Assembly (NCBI GenBank): GCA_046484245.1 | Contig: JAWOBN010000098.1 | Span: forward strand, 1 to 63,314 | Origin: a bacterium | GTDB taxonomy: Bacteria > Hydrothermota > 32-111 | Direction: 5' to 3' | Length of the DNA: 63,314 bases | In this document: piece by piece, positions 38,884-48,283 of the stretch | Layout of the letters: the number at the start of each line of letters is the position of its first letter | How positions within the stretch are numbered: position 1 is the first letter of the stretch | Program-made: the position numbers and the translations under genes | The notes under the pieces: generated by a model | The model's input: the letters and a program-made list of their open reading frames with translations, nothing else | Databases searched by the model: none | What the model was told of the DNA's origin: nothing

Positions 38884-41274
38884 CTAAACCTTTTTTATTA
38901 TTATCTGATTATTTTCATAACCAAGAGACACCCTGTCGCCTTTCTTGATATCACCGGCAATGATCTTTTCAGAAAGCGCATTCTCCACATCAGACTGTAT
39001 CACGCGGTTAATGGGCCTTGCACCATACTGCGGTATGTATCCTTTATCAGCAATGAAATCAATAAGTGAATCCTCAAATTCAATCTCCAGTTCAAATTCC
39101 TTTGTCCTCTCTGCAAGATAAGAGAGCTGCAGTTCAACAATACTTCTGATCTGTTGTCTGCTGAGTGTTCTGAATACAATCATCTCGTCTATTCTGTTGA
39201 TGAATTCCGGTTTGAAGTGATTCCTCACTGCATTCTCAATATTTGATTCAATGGCATCATAATCATCGGTGAAATCCGTTGAATGTGAACCTATATTGGA
39301 TGTCATTATGAGTATTGTATTCCTGAAATCAACAACATGCCCCTGTGAGTCGGTGAGACGGCCGTCATCCATTACCTGGAGGAGCACATTGTACACCTCA
39401 GGATGGGCTTTTTCAATTTCATCCATCAGTATCACAGAGAATGGTTTTCTCCTGACAGGTTCAGTGAGCTGCCCGCCTTCACCATAACCCACATAACCGG
39501 GAGGAGCTCCAATAAGGCGCGACACTGAATATTTCTCCATATATTCACTCATATCAAGACGGACCATTGCATTCTCAGTATCAAACATGAATTGAGCCAA
39601 TGCCTTGACCACCTCGGTCTTGCCGACACCTGTGGGTCCCACAAAAAGGAATGTGCCTATCGGTTTATCGGGATCCGAAAGACCTGCCCTGGCTCTTCTG
39701 ATTGCATTGGATATTGTCTTGATTGCCCGGTCCTGCCCAATAACACGATCATGTATTCTCTCTTCCATATGAAGGAGTTTCCGGGATTCTGTCTCCAGCA
39801 TACGGCTTACAGGAATACCTGTCCACTCAGAGACAATATCCGCTATGAGTTCACTGTCCACATCCTCATTGATATTGCTCTTCTTAAGCCATCTGTTCTT
39901 CTCCTTTTCAATCTCTGCTTTAAGTTCATCGGATTTCTTCTTGTATTCTGCTGCCTGTTCATAATCCTTTCTCTTCACTGATTTCTCGCCCATATCAATA
40001 TATTCCTTCAGCTGTTTTTCCTTATCCTTGATATCAGAAGGCATTGAGAATATCTTTATCTTGAGCCTGGCTGCCGCCTCATCCATCAGGTCAACTGCCT
40101 TATCAGGGAGTTTCCTCTCAGTGAGATATCTGTGAGAGAGTTTTGCAGCCTGCTCAAGCGCTTCATCTGTTATCTTCACATTATGGTGCTTTTCATACTG
40201 GGGCCTCAGCCCCTTGAGGATCTCAATGGTAGTGGGTATGTCAGGTTCATTGATCATCACCGGCTGGAATCTTCTCTCCAGTGCACCGTCTTTTTCAATA
40301 TGCTGCCTGTATTCATCCAGTGTTGTTGCCCCTATTGTCTGCATCTCACCCCTTGCAAGAGCCGGCTTCAGCATATTGGAGGCATCAACAGAGCCCTGCG
40401 CCTGGCCTGCTCCGACTATTGTATGGAGCTCATCTATAAAGAGGATTATCCTGCCTTTGGATGATGTTATCTCATTGATTATCAATTTGAGTCTCTGCTC
40501 AAATTCACCTCTGAACTGAGTGCCTGCAACAAGTGAACCTATATCAAGTCCGACAATTCTCCTCTCCTTGAGGTTCTCCGGAATATCACCATCAACAATC
40601 TTGGCAGCAAGGCCTTCAACAATAGCGGTCTTGCCGACACCGGGTTCACCAATGAGAACCGGATTGTTCTTTGTACGCCTTGAAAGTATCTGAATAGTCC
40701 TGTTTATCTCTTTAACCCTACCTATAACAGGGTCAAGCTTGCCGGAAGCAGCCATTTCAGTGAAATCGCGTGTATATTTCTTCAGGACATCATAATTCTT
40801 TTCTGCACCTTCACCTGTGACACGCTGACTGCCCCTTATTTCCTGCAATGCAGCATATACCTTTTCCTTGGTGACATTGTACCTCTCCAGTATTCTTTCA
40901 ACAGGTTCCGATGAAATGTCAAACAATGCAATGAAGATATGCTCGGAACCGGCATACTCGTCCTTCATCCTCTCCCTCTCGGAATCAGAGAATTCAAAGA
41001 GCTGCTCTGTGTCATGTGTCATGTATATCTGATACTGGCCGCCATGCTCCACAGAGGGCAGGCGTTTGAGTTCCCTGTCAATATCACGGAGGAACATCTG
41101 CCTGTCAATACCGAGTTTCTCTATCAATGCATAGACACTGCCCTCCGGGTTCTGCGCCAGGCCCCTCAGAATATGGAGGGGCGTCAATTCAGTATGTTTA
41201 TTGCTTCTTACGGATTTCTGTGCATCCATCAGGGCATCCTTAGCGCCCTGTGTCATCCTATCATAATCTATCAT
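38884..41274 (-). CDS. clpB: Clp/Hsp100 AAA+ chaperone, ClpB-like (no ClpP-docking loop) with a short middle domain
   Basis: 796 aa with Walker A motifs [12 protein letters not shown] and [13 protein letters not shown]2 reads MTSNIGSHS with no IGF tripeptide. The middle domain is ~75 aa, versus ~125 aa as I recall E. coli ClpB. Confidence 0.8.
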   Translation of the reverse strand: MIDYDRMTQGAKDALMDAQKSVRSNKHTELTPLHILRGLAQNPEGSVYALIEKLGIDRQMFLRDIDRELKRLPSVEHGGQYQIYMTHDTEQLFEFSDSERERMKDEYAGSEHIFIALFDISSEPVERILERYNVTKEKVYAALQEIRGSQRVTGEGAEKNYDVLKKYTRDFTEMAASGKLDPVIGRVKEINRTIQILSRRTKNNPVLIGEPGVGKTAIVEGLAAKIVDGDIPENLKERRIVGLDIGSLVAGTQFRGEFEQRLKLIINEITSSKGRIILFIDELHTIVGAGQAQGSVDASNMLKPALARGEMQTIGATTLDEYRQHIEKDGALERRFQPVMINEPDIPTTIEILKGLRPQYEKHHNVKITDEALEQAAKLSHRYLTERKLPDKAVDLMDEAAARLKIKIFSMPSDIKDKEKQLKEYIDMGEKSVKRKDYEQAAEYKKKSDELKAEIEKEKNRWLKKSNINEDVDSELIADIVSEWTGIPVSRMLETESRKLLHMEERIHDRVIGQDRAIKTISNAIRRARAGLSDPDKPIGTFLFVGPTGVGKTEVVKALAQFMFDTENAMVRLDMSEYMEKYSVSRLIGAPPGYVGYGEGGQLTEPVRRKPFSVILMDEIEKAHPEVYNVLLQVMDDGRLTDSQGHVVDFRNTILIMTSNIGSHSTDFTDDYDAIESNIENAVRNHFKPEFINRIDEMIVFRTLSRQQIRSIVELQLSYLAERTKEFELEIEFEDSLIDFIADKGYIPQYGARPINRVIQSDVENALSEKIIAGDIKKGDRVSLGYENNQIIIKKV

Positions 41275-41347
41275 AAATATTTGCTCCTTTTTTAATAAAA
41301 ATGTAATTTAATGCCTCATTTTGTCAAGTGTTATAGGTTTATTTCTC

Positions 41348-41376
41348 TTGACAATTCGGTGATTTATATATATATT
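41348..41376 (+). promoter_or_regulatory. sigma70-type promoter candidate, possibly giving a leaderless mRNA
   Basis: TTGACA-17 nt-TATATT. The -10 element ends 7 nt before the ATG at 41384 and there is no Shine-Dalgarno sequence. Confidence 0.35.
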
Positions 41377-41383
41377 TAACATT

Positions 41384-42721
41384 ATGGATAAAAAACTCAA
41401 GGTACTGGTTGTAGATGATCAGGTGGTTTTTTCTGATACACTGAAGGAATCCCTGCAGTCACTGGGGTATAATGTTGAACAGGCATTCACAGGTGAAACA
41501 GCTCTTGATATAATACATGAGAGGAGGATCAATCTCATATTCCTTGATGTTTTCCTCCCGGATATAAGCGGGTTTGACCTGATAAAGAAGATTCAGAATG
41601 AAATCCCAGAGGTTGAGATCATTATCATGACTGCATATTCACAATCAGACTTTGTTAAACGGTCTGTTGAGCACGGGTCATATTTCCTTCCCAAACCATT
41701 CAGGATTGAGGATTTGACAGCTATACTCAATAAGATAGAATCCAAGACATTCCCTCTCAGACAGACAGGCACTGAAGTGTCAGACATTGAGAGAATACAC
41801 TTTCATCTTGAAAGCAAAGCCAAAGCAGTTAATAAAGCCATTGAACTTGCTGATAAATACTCCGGTTCCTCATTCCCTGTTCTCATTCACGGTGAACAGG
41901 GCACAGGAAGGCAGACAATTGCCGAATACATTCATAATAAATCAAAGAGGAACAGTAATAATTTCATTACTGTTAACAGTAATGACCTGCCGGAAGATAT
42001 CATTGAATTTCATTTATTCGGATACGAGAAGAATGCTTTCAAGGGAGCAATGAAGAGGAAGATAGGTATTATTGAATCAGCTGAGGGCGGGACACTCTTT
42101 ATTGAGGACTTTGACAGACTGCCCTGCAGGGTGCAGCAGGAACTGCTTAGAATAATTGAAAGTAAGCATTTGAGGAGAATCGGCGGAAATCACGAGATTG
42201 ATTTTGATGTGAGATTCATCGTATCCTCCACACTGTCTCTTGCTGATGTCAAAGATAATGAGAACTGCAATCTGGCTCTATTCAAGAAACTCAATACACT
42301 GTCCCTTGATATGCCGCCTCTGAGAAGAAGGAAGAAGGATATAATGAATCTCATAGCCGGCATACTGCAGAAATTCAATATTGATATTGACGATTTCCAT
42401 ATTGACAGTTCTGCTGAGAGCATTATCAAAAAATACAATTGGCCCGGCAATATATTTGAATTAGAGGATATTGTGACCCGTCTTATACTGATGTCCAATG
42501 GCGAGGGTATCTTTGTGGACAACCTTCCCATAAAGCTTATTGCCTATGAAGGCGGGCAGATAAAGAAGGATTATACATTGAAGGATATTGAACGCCAGCA
42601 TATACTCAATACATTGATAAAGGTTGACGGCAATAAGGCAAAAGCAGCAAGGATTCTCGGTATTGACAGGAAGACACTGTACAGGAAAATTGAGAAATAC
42701 GGACTCAATGAATACAAATAG
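41384..42721 (+). CDS. NtrC-family (sigma54-interaction domain) response regulator, orphan
   Basis: 445 aa. CheY-like receiver (VVDD...LIFLDVFLPDISG), an AAA+ EBP core (GEQGTGRQ, FHLFGYEKNAFKGA, GGTLFIEDFDRL) and a Fis-type HTH (AARILGIDRKTLYRKI). Confidence 0.8.
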   Translation: MDKKLKVLVVDDQVVFSDTLKESLQSLGYNVEQAFTGETALDIIHERRINLIFLDVFLPDISGFDLIKKIQNEIPEVEIIIMTAYSQSDFVKRSVEHGSYFLPKPFRIEDLTAILNKIESKTFPLRQTGTEVSDIERIHFHLESKAKAVNKAIELADKYSGSSFPVLIHGEQGTGRQTIAEYIHNKSKRNSNNFITVNSNDLPEDIIEFHLFGYEKNAFKGAMKRKIGIIESAEGGTLFIEDFDRLPCRVQQELLRIIESKHLRRIGGNHEIDFDVRFIVSSTLSLADVKDNENCNLALFKKLNTLSLDMPPLRRRKKDIMNLIAGILQKFNIDIDDFHIDSSAESIIKKYNWPGNIFELEDIVTRLILMSNGEGIFVDNLPIKLIAYEGGQIKKDYTLKDIERQHILNTLIKVDGNKAKAARILGIDRKTLYRKIEKYGLNEYK

Positions 42722-42729
42722 GAGCAGTA

Positions 42730-43095
42730 TTGGATAAAACAAGAATAGCCCTGCTTTCACAGGAAGAAAGACTCATCAAAGAGATGCAGAGTGAAAATAA
42801 TACGGATATCTATTCCAATTATCTCAAACTGATAACTTCCATTATTATCAAGAAATATTCACTTGTCATACTGGATTCAATGCAGATGCCTTTTTTCAAT
42901 GAACAGAAGATTATCAGTTCAATAAATGTTCTGTCAGGAAAGACCAAAATCATTTTCATTGCAAGAGACAATGACCCTGACCTCATTGCCCGTATTCATG
43001 ACAGGAACAATATTGCATATACAATGCATTATCCTCTGAACTTCGCTCATCTGACAAGTATTGTAAGGCATATTATAAGTAGAGAAAATCAGTAA
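42730..43095 (+). CDS. degenerate single-domain receiver-like protein
   Basis: 121 aa with a TTG start and GGAG 5 nt upstream. It has a CheY-like alternation and LVILDSMQMP at the phospho-Asp position, but lacks the N-terminal acidic pair. Confidence 0.45.
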   Translation: MDKTRIALLSQEERLIKEMQSENNTDIYSNYLKLITSIIIKKYSLVILDSMQMPFFNEQKIISSINVLSGKTKIIFIARDNDPDLIARIHDRNNIAYTMHYPLNFAHLTSIVRHIISRENQ

Positions 43096-43109
43096 ACAGG
43101 GAGATTGAT

Positions 43110-43577
43110 ATGAGAAATTCCCTGATCATCATTCCACTTGTCCTATTTTCTCTTATGCTCACGAGTCAGGGCAGGGAGAGATATGAGAGTGAAAATGCCT
43201 TTAATAAGGCAGAACTCCATATTGTCAGCAATAATCTTGATTTCTCCGATATTGACCCTGCAGAGGATTCCATTGTTATTCTCAATGGACTCATACTCTC
43301 TGTAAGGAGTGATTATGACTGGAAAATCACAGTATATGCTGAGGATGATTTTGTGTCGGATGAGGGATATGTGATACCTGCTGAGAATCTGCTCTTTTCA
43401 ACCCGCCTTAATCCGTACAGGAGCATTGAAAAACACCCTGTCACAATTATCACAGGCAGAAGAACCCATAGGAGGAGTGAACAGATCATCATTGACTTCA
43501 AATTTGACCTCAAAGATTACAATACAGCAGGCATTTACTCAACAAAGCTCTATCTGGAACTTGAACCGGCACACTGA
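43110..43577 (+). CDS. secreted WxL/pilin-like beta-sandwich protein (minor subunit candidate)
   Basis: 155 aa with a signal peptide (LIIIPLVLFSLMLTSQG). Motifs are NNLDFSD, DWKITVYAEDDF, IPAENLLF and a C-terminal strand AGIYSTKLYLELEP. Paralogous to the next gene. Confidence 0.6.
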   Translation: MRNSLIIIPLVLFSLMLTSQGRERYESENAFNKAELHIVSNNLDFSDIDPAEDSIVILNGLILSVRSDYDWKITVYAEDDFVSDEGYVIPAENLLFSTRLNPYRSIEKHPVTIITGRRTHRRSEQIIIDFKFDLKDYNTAGIYSTKLYLELEPAH

Positions 43578-43619
43578 TTCTTGATGATTATCCATATTTG
43601 TAAATTGTAAAGTTCAGTA

Positions 43620-43648
43620 TTGACATATTTACGGTTTTTCATTATTAT
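43620..43648 (+). promoter_or_regulatory. strong sigma70-type promoter in front of the 193-aa subunit gene
   Basis: TTGACA-17 nt-TATTAT. The RBS TAGGAGGT lies 5 nt before the ATG at 43687. Confidence 0.5.
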
Positions 43649-43686
43649 TAATATATTATAAAGAAATAAGTCATATAGGAGGTATT

Positions 43687-44268
43687 ATGACAAGTAAACT
43701 GAAAACACTAATACTGATTCTTGCAATTGCTGCAATAACACTGCCTGCATTTGCACTGGGAACAGAGGTCGGAACATCCCCTGTACCCAATGCACTTGAT
43801 GTGTCTGTACGCATTCCCGAGAGAGTAGGCATCAAACTGGCAGGAGACAATCTGGAATTTTTTCTGGACGATGCATCAGTAACATATCCGCCTGCAAGCT
43901 TCCCGGGATACTATTTCCCCACAGGCGGTGTGACAGCTACACCCTATGTACCGCTTGAAGTATTCTGCAACAATCCTGCAGGATGGACACTCACAGTAGT
44001 TGCCAGTGGTGATTTTGATGCTTCACTGCCTGTTACGCAGCTATTCTATGCACCTGACGGAGAAGGACTGACACCTGACGGCGATGCAGCTCCGGGCGGC
44101 AACTGGACAGCATTCACCACAGCTGAAGCAACAGTTGCGTCCAGCCCAGTAAAGACAAGCGGCTGGGAGAATCATGACCAGGACTATCAGCTTCAGATTA
44201 CAGGTGAAGAAGACATGATTGACCCTGCTTCAACAGTGACAATAACCTATACAATCACATCACCGTAA
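43687..44268 (+). CDS. secreted WxL/pilin-like beta-sandwich protein (major subunit candidate)
   Basis: 193 aa with a signal peptide (LILILAIAAITLPAFA). Motifs are DNLEFFLDD, GWTLTVVASGDF, LPVTQLFY and a C-terminal strand STVTITYTITSP. It has its own promoter and the strongest RBS of the cluster. Confidence 0.7.
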   Translation: MTSKLKTLILILAIAAITLPAFALGTEVGTSPVPNALDVSVRIPERVGIKLAGDNLEFFLDDASVTYPPASFPGYYFPTGGVTATPYVPLEVFCNNPAGWTLTVVASGDFDASLPVTQLFYAPDGEGLTPDGDAAPGGNWTAFTTAEATVASSPVKTSGWENHDQDYQLQITGEEDMIDPASTVTITYTITSP

Positions 44269-44300
44269 CAACTGCTTGAAGGATTATTGCGGGGAGGCAG

Positions 44301-45068
44301 ATGAAACATACAGTAATTTGTCTGATGCTAATGGTATGTATTGTACTGTTTGGTCAGACAGCATTCACTGTTGCTCCTCCCCGCTATGAACTCCTTGAAA
44401 AACCGGGCAATAATAAGACAGTAATCTTCACAATTGAGAATAAATCCGATAATCCCATTCATATCAGGGCCACCCCCTCTGACTGGTCAATGGATTCTAC
44501 AGGTCAGGTGGTATTCCACCCGGCCGGTACTTTCAGCAATTCATCTTCAGGATGGGTCTATATAAATCCCATGGAATTTGATATTGACGGCAATGCGTCC
44601 AGGGATATACGCATCACACTCTCTGTACCTGAGGATGTGTTCGGTGAATACACCTCAATGGTGATATTTGAATCAACACCATCTGCCGCTAATCCCGGTG
44701 ATATGGTGCAGTTCTCAACCCGAATAGGCGCTGCTTTATATACACAGATTGTCGGTACTGTGTCCAGTAATGGATCCATTGAGGATATTATATTCAATAA
44801 TGCCAGCCAGTTTATCAATGTGAAATATCTCAATACAGGCAATGCCCATCACAGGGCTGATATTAAAATTGTCATCAAAGACAGTGACGGCAATGTGATA
44901 TATGAAGACGGGCTCTCCCGGCAGCTTGCTCTCCCTTCACTGGAGAGGGTATTTATTTTCAAACCGGAGACATATTTTACAGAAGGCGATTACAGGATTG
45001 AAGTGCTTATTGATTATGGCGGAAATGAGATGCTCAGGGGAATCAAAAACATTACAGTGTATCAATGA
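44301..45068 (+). CDS. periplasmic Ig-fold chaperone-like protein (PapD/DUF916-like pattern)
   Basis: 255 aa with a signal peptide and no C-terminal anchor. FTVAPPRYELLEKPGNNKTVIFTIENKSDNPIHIRATP ... RDIRITLSVPEDVFGEYTSMVIFES looks like a pilus-chaperone or DUF916 N-domain pattern. A second beta-sandwich-like half follows. Confidence 0.6.
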   Translation: MKHTVICLMLMVCIVLFGQTAFTVAPPRYELLEKPGNNKTVIFTIENKSDNPIHIRATPSDWSMDSTGQVVFHPAGTFSNSSSGWVYINPMEFDIDGNASRDIRITLSVPEDVFGEYTSMVIFESTPSAANPGDMVQFSTRIGAALYTQIVGTVSSNGSIEDIIFNNASQFINVKYLNTGNAHHRADIKIVIKDSDGNVIYEDGLSRQLALPSLERVFIFKPETYFTEGDYRIEVLIDYGGNEMLRGIKNITVYQ

Positions 45069-47020
45069 AGATAAATTGCATTGTACTGTCAATTCTTTTA
45101 ATTGTCTCAATATCTCTTATTGCTGATAATGATTTTTATTATTTTTCCATAAGAGAAAATCTCACCAATTACAGTGAGCCTTCACTGCCATCAATGGATC
45201 TCATTCTCATGTCACGCAGACCTGCCGGTTCAGTGAATTTCTTTGTTTCCCTGTACAGATTTGAACCATTCAATTTTCATCTGAAGATTGATTCATTAAG
45301 CGCAGGACAGTTTTCACACAGATTCTTCTTCGGAGACAGACAGTACAGATTATTTGACTATGCCAAATTGAGGATATTTGAATACTCAGTGCAGTACCGG
45401 AATCTCATTCTGGGTCTTCTCGGAGGACAGAGCAGGGATCTCGTTTCAGTCAATTTCCCCTCTTATAATCACAATAAGGGAGTATTCGCCTCATTTCTTA
45501 CCTACAATTTCTCCCAATATGATTCAACAACACTTTACACATTCAAGAGATATGATGATGATTACTACAATGAGTTTACTGATAAGACAGTACTGGGTAT
45601 TGCCCATAATTCCATTATCGGCAGTATGCTTGACCTGAATCTCAATATGAGGCAGAGTTTATACTCGTCAACCAGTATCAACAGAAGAAAAACAGCAGGC
45701 AATTACAATGCTGTATTCTCAGTGAGAAAATTCAGTCTGGGGCTATCCGGCAGATTCATACCCCGTGACTATATCAGCCCCTCCAATCTGCTCTACACAT
45801 CAGGCTCCATTTCCAACAGATTATTCATATCACTCAGGGCAATTGACGCACTGTCACTTTACGGATTTTACTCCAATACATCATTCTCCCCCAATGATTC
45901 ACTCTCATTCAATTCATATGGATTCAATACAGGCATCAATATACCTGTTCTGCCTTCAGTCAGCGGGCAGTTCAGGATTTCTCAATATAACCTCTCCAAT
46001 GCATTAAGGAACAGGCTCTGGCGTATAATCGCATACAAAAGAATTTCACCACTGACATTTCAGATAAGTTATTCCGACTTCTTATCCGATATTTCAAGAA
46101 ATGAATTGAAATCAAAGATCACTTATAATCTGGGGGATGGCGCAATTCTCAGTCTGGATGCGGAAAATCTCCATTCAGAGGGCAATAATGACCAGCGTAT
46201 AGCAGGCTCAATTGCCTGGAGGCCTACACCTCTCTGGACAACACAGATAGGTGTGGATTACAATAACAGGGAGAATCTGTCATATATCGGTGAATATATG
46301 ACAAATACACTCAATCTGGGCAATACTGTTCTTTCATCCAATACATCACTGGTTTTCAGGGAATCATTCTTCTTCCGTTTCAATGTCAATCTTTCAACAA
46401 GAGGGAGAATAAAGGATTTTCACTTCTCCGGTCTCAAGGGCAGAGTGTTTTATGACAAAAACTCCAATGGGAGATATGACGAGGGTGAGCCCCCTCTTCA
46501 GGGCGCAACAGTTCTGCTCAATGATTCAATCAAGGTCAAAACAGATGGCAATGGCGGTTATTCATTCTACTTCATGAAACCCGGCCAGTACAAGCTCCGG
46601 CTGGAGACAGCCAAACTGCCTGCCTATTTTGATGTCAAATCAGTCAATCTTGAGCTTAACAATCTCAGAACAAGGGAGTTTGACATACCTGTTGTGAAAA
46701 TGAGTTCCATAAACGGTTATGTGTTTGAGGATTATAATGCAAATGGCATAAGAGAACCTGAAGAACCGGGCATACCCAGGATTTATGTCAAATTGAGGAA
46801 TACTGACAGATATACATATACAGATAATAATGGTTACTATATATTCTCCAATCTTGCCCCCGGCAATTATATTGTTGAAGTGCCGCGACTTCCGGAAGGA
46901 TATCAATTCTCCATACCGGGAATCATCAACTATGTTTCAGTAAAGGATAAAAAAGCTGATTATACTGTGGACTTCGGGCTGACAAAAAAGTCAAAGCCTG
47001 TCAGGGAAAAGGTCTTTTAA
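45065..47020 (+). CDS. outer-membrane beta-barrel-like protein with two C-terminal SdrD-B/CarboxypepD_reg-like Ig domains (usher-like candidate)
   Basis: 651 aa with an ATGA overlap onto the previous gene and a signal peptide. About 430 aa are rich in alternating Y/F/S/N beta strands. Two repeats follow (GRVFYDKNSNGRYDEGEPPL...TDGNGGYSF..KPGQYKL and GYVFEDYNANGIREPEEPGI...TDNNGYYIFSNLAPGNYIV). The protein ends in F. Confidence 0.65.
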   Translation: MKINCIVLSILLIVSISLIADNDFYYFSIRENLTNYSEPSLPSMDLILMSRRPAGSVNFFVSLYRFEPFNFHLKIDSLSAGQFSHRFFFGDRQYRLFDYAKLRIFEYSVQYRNLILGLLGGQSRDLVSVNFPSYNHNKGVFASFLTYNFSQYDSTTLYTFKRYDDDYYNEFTDKTVLGIAHNSIIGSMLDLNLNMRQSLYSSTSINRRKTAGNYNAVFSVRKFSLGLSGRFIPRDYISPSNLLYTSGSISNRLFISLRAIDALSLYGFYSNTSFSPNDSLSFNSYGFNTGINIPVLPSVSGQFRISQYNLSNALRNRLWRIIAYKRISPLTFQISYSDFLSDISRNELKSKITYNLGDGAILSLDAENLHSEGNNDQRIAGSIAWRPTPLWTTQIGVDYNNRENLSYIGEYMTNTLNLGNTVLSSNTSLVFRESFFFRFNVNLSTRGRIKDFHFSGLKGRVFYDKNSNGRYDEGEPPLQGATVLLNDSIKVKTDGNGGYSFYFMKPGQYKLRLETAKLPAYFDVKSVNLELNNLRTREFDIPVVKMSSINGYVFEDYNANGIREPEEPGIPRIYVKLRNTDRYTYTDNNGYYIFSNLAPGNYIVEVPRLPEGYQFSIPGIINYVSVKDKKADYTVDFGLTKKSKPVREKVF

Positions 47021-48283
47021 TGCTTTTTGCCTCTCTTCAAAGAGTTCATTCTCATTATAGACAGTAATACTGCCATTTGATTTAAGCGGCATGCCTTTTG
47101 CAAAAACCCATTTGATATCCTCCGGATATGAAGAGTATATAACAGATGCAAACGGATTGACCCTCATGTCAGACAGGTGTATTCCGGTCATATCCATCAT
47201 CAGGACATCAGCCCAATAACCCTCTTCAATAAGGCCTACTGACTCAAGGCCCAGTGCCTTGGCTCCATTGACTGTTGCCATCTTGAATATCTCACGGGCA
47301 TTCATCTTATCAGAGCCGTACCTGACCTTCTGCAGCAGGCCTGCCAGCCGCATCTCCATGATCTGTGAATTATTGTTATTGCACGGGGCTCCGTCAGAAC
47401 CGAGCCCTGTATTTATTCCCATACCCGTCATTTTATCAATCTCTGCAATACCTGAACCGAGTTTCATATTGGCTGACGGACAATGAACAATATTGGTGTG
47501 TGTATCCCTGAGGATATCCTGCTCCTTTTCAGTAATATGAATAACATGAGCAATCACTGTATTGGGACCGAGAACACCCATTTCCTGCATTGCTTCAATA
47601 TTCCCCATTCCATAAAGGTCTCTGGAGAATTCAACTTCCGTGGCTGTCTCGGATGCATGCGTATGTATTATCAGATTGTACTCCTCAGATAATTTTCTTA
47701 TCTCCTCAGCACCCTCACGTGTAATGCCGGGAAGAAAACGCGGGCATAACACATAACCGGCATTCTTGTAATCCCTGCTCATAGCTATCATATCCCCGGA
47801 GTATTTCACATAATCACTCAGGTCATTGTAAAACTCACCTATCTTTCTGTCCATTAGCACATTCCCCGTAAATCCCGTGATACCGCTTCTTTCAATCTCC
47901 TCAAAGAGAATATCCTGATTATCAAATGTACCCATATCAAGGAATGCCGTAGTGCCGCTGCTTATCATTTCAAATAATGCACTTCTTGCTGATACTGCCA
48001 AATGTTCCCTTGTCAGGTTCATCTCATAGGGCAGTATGTGTTTTTCCAGCCAGTCAAAGAGAGGCATATCCTCTGCCATACCCTTATAGAGATGCTGGCA
48101 GAGATGCACATGAAGCTGGACAAACCCGGGCATAAGGACCATGCCCCTGCCGTCAATGTCCTCATAACTGCCGCCATTGCCTTTAAAGGAAATAGTTTTG
48201 TCTATGTATATGTCCGCAGGCCCCATCAGGGAATCATATCTGCTGTCAATATAGTATATATCTCTTAAACAATACCTATTCAA
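46991..48283 (-). CDS. amidohydrolase, MtaD/TRZ-ATZ family (5'-methylthioadenosine/S-adenosylhomocysteine deaminase-like)
   Basis: 430 aa. Metal-binding HxH (LHVHLCQ), DMPLFDWLEKHILPYE, a HASE motif and a late Asp (GLGSDGA). Its 3' end overlaps the convergent 45065-47020 gene by 30 nt. Confidence 0.8.
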   Translation of the reverse strand: MNRYCLRDIYYIDSRYDSLMGPADIYIDKTISFKGNGGSYEDIDGRGMVLMPGFVQLHVHLCQHLYKGMAEDMPLFDWLEKHILPYEMNLTREHLAVSARSALFEMISSGTTAFLDMGTFDNQDILFEEIERSGITGFTGNVLMDRKIGEFYNDLSDYVKYSGDMIAMSRDYKNAGYVLCPRFLPGITREGAEEIRKLSEEYNLIIHTHASETATEVEFSRDLYGMGNIEAMQEMGVLGPNTVIAHVIHITEKEQDILRDTHTNIVHCPSANMKLGSGIAEIDKMTGMGINTGLGSDGAPCNNNNSQIMEMRLAGLLQKVRYGSDKMNAREIFKMATVNGAKALGLESVGLIEEGYWADVLMMDMTGIHLSDMRVNPFASVIYSSYPEDIKWVFAKGMPLKSNGSITVYNENELFEERQKALKDLFPDRL

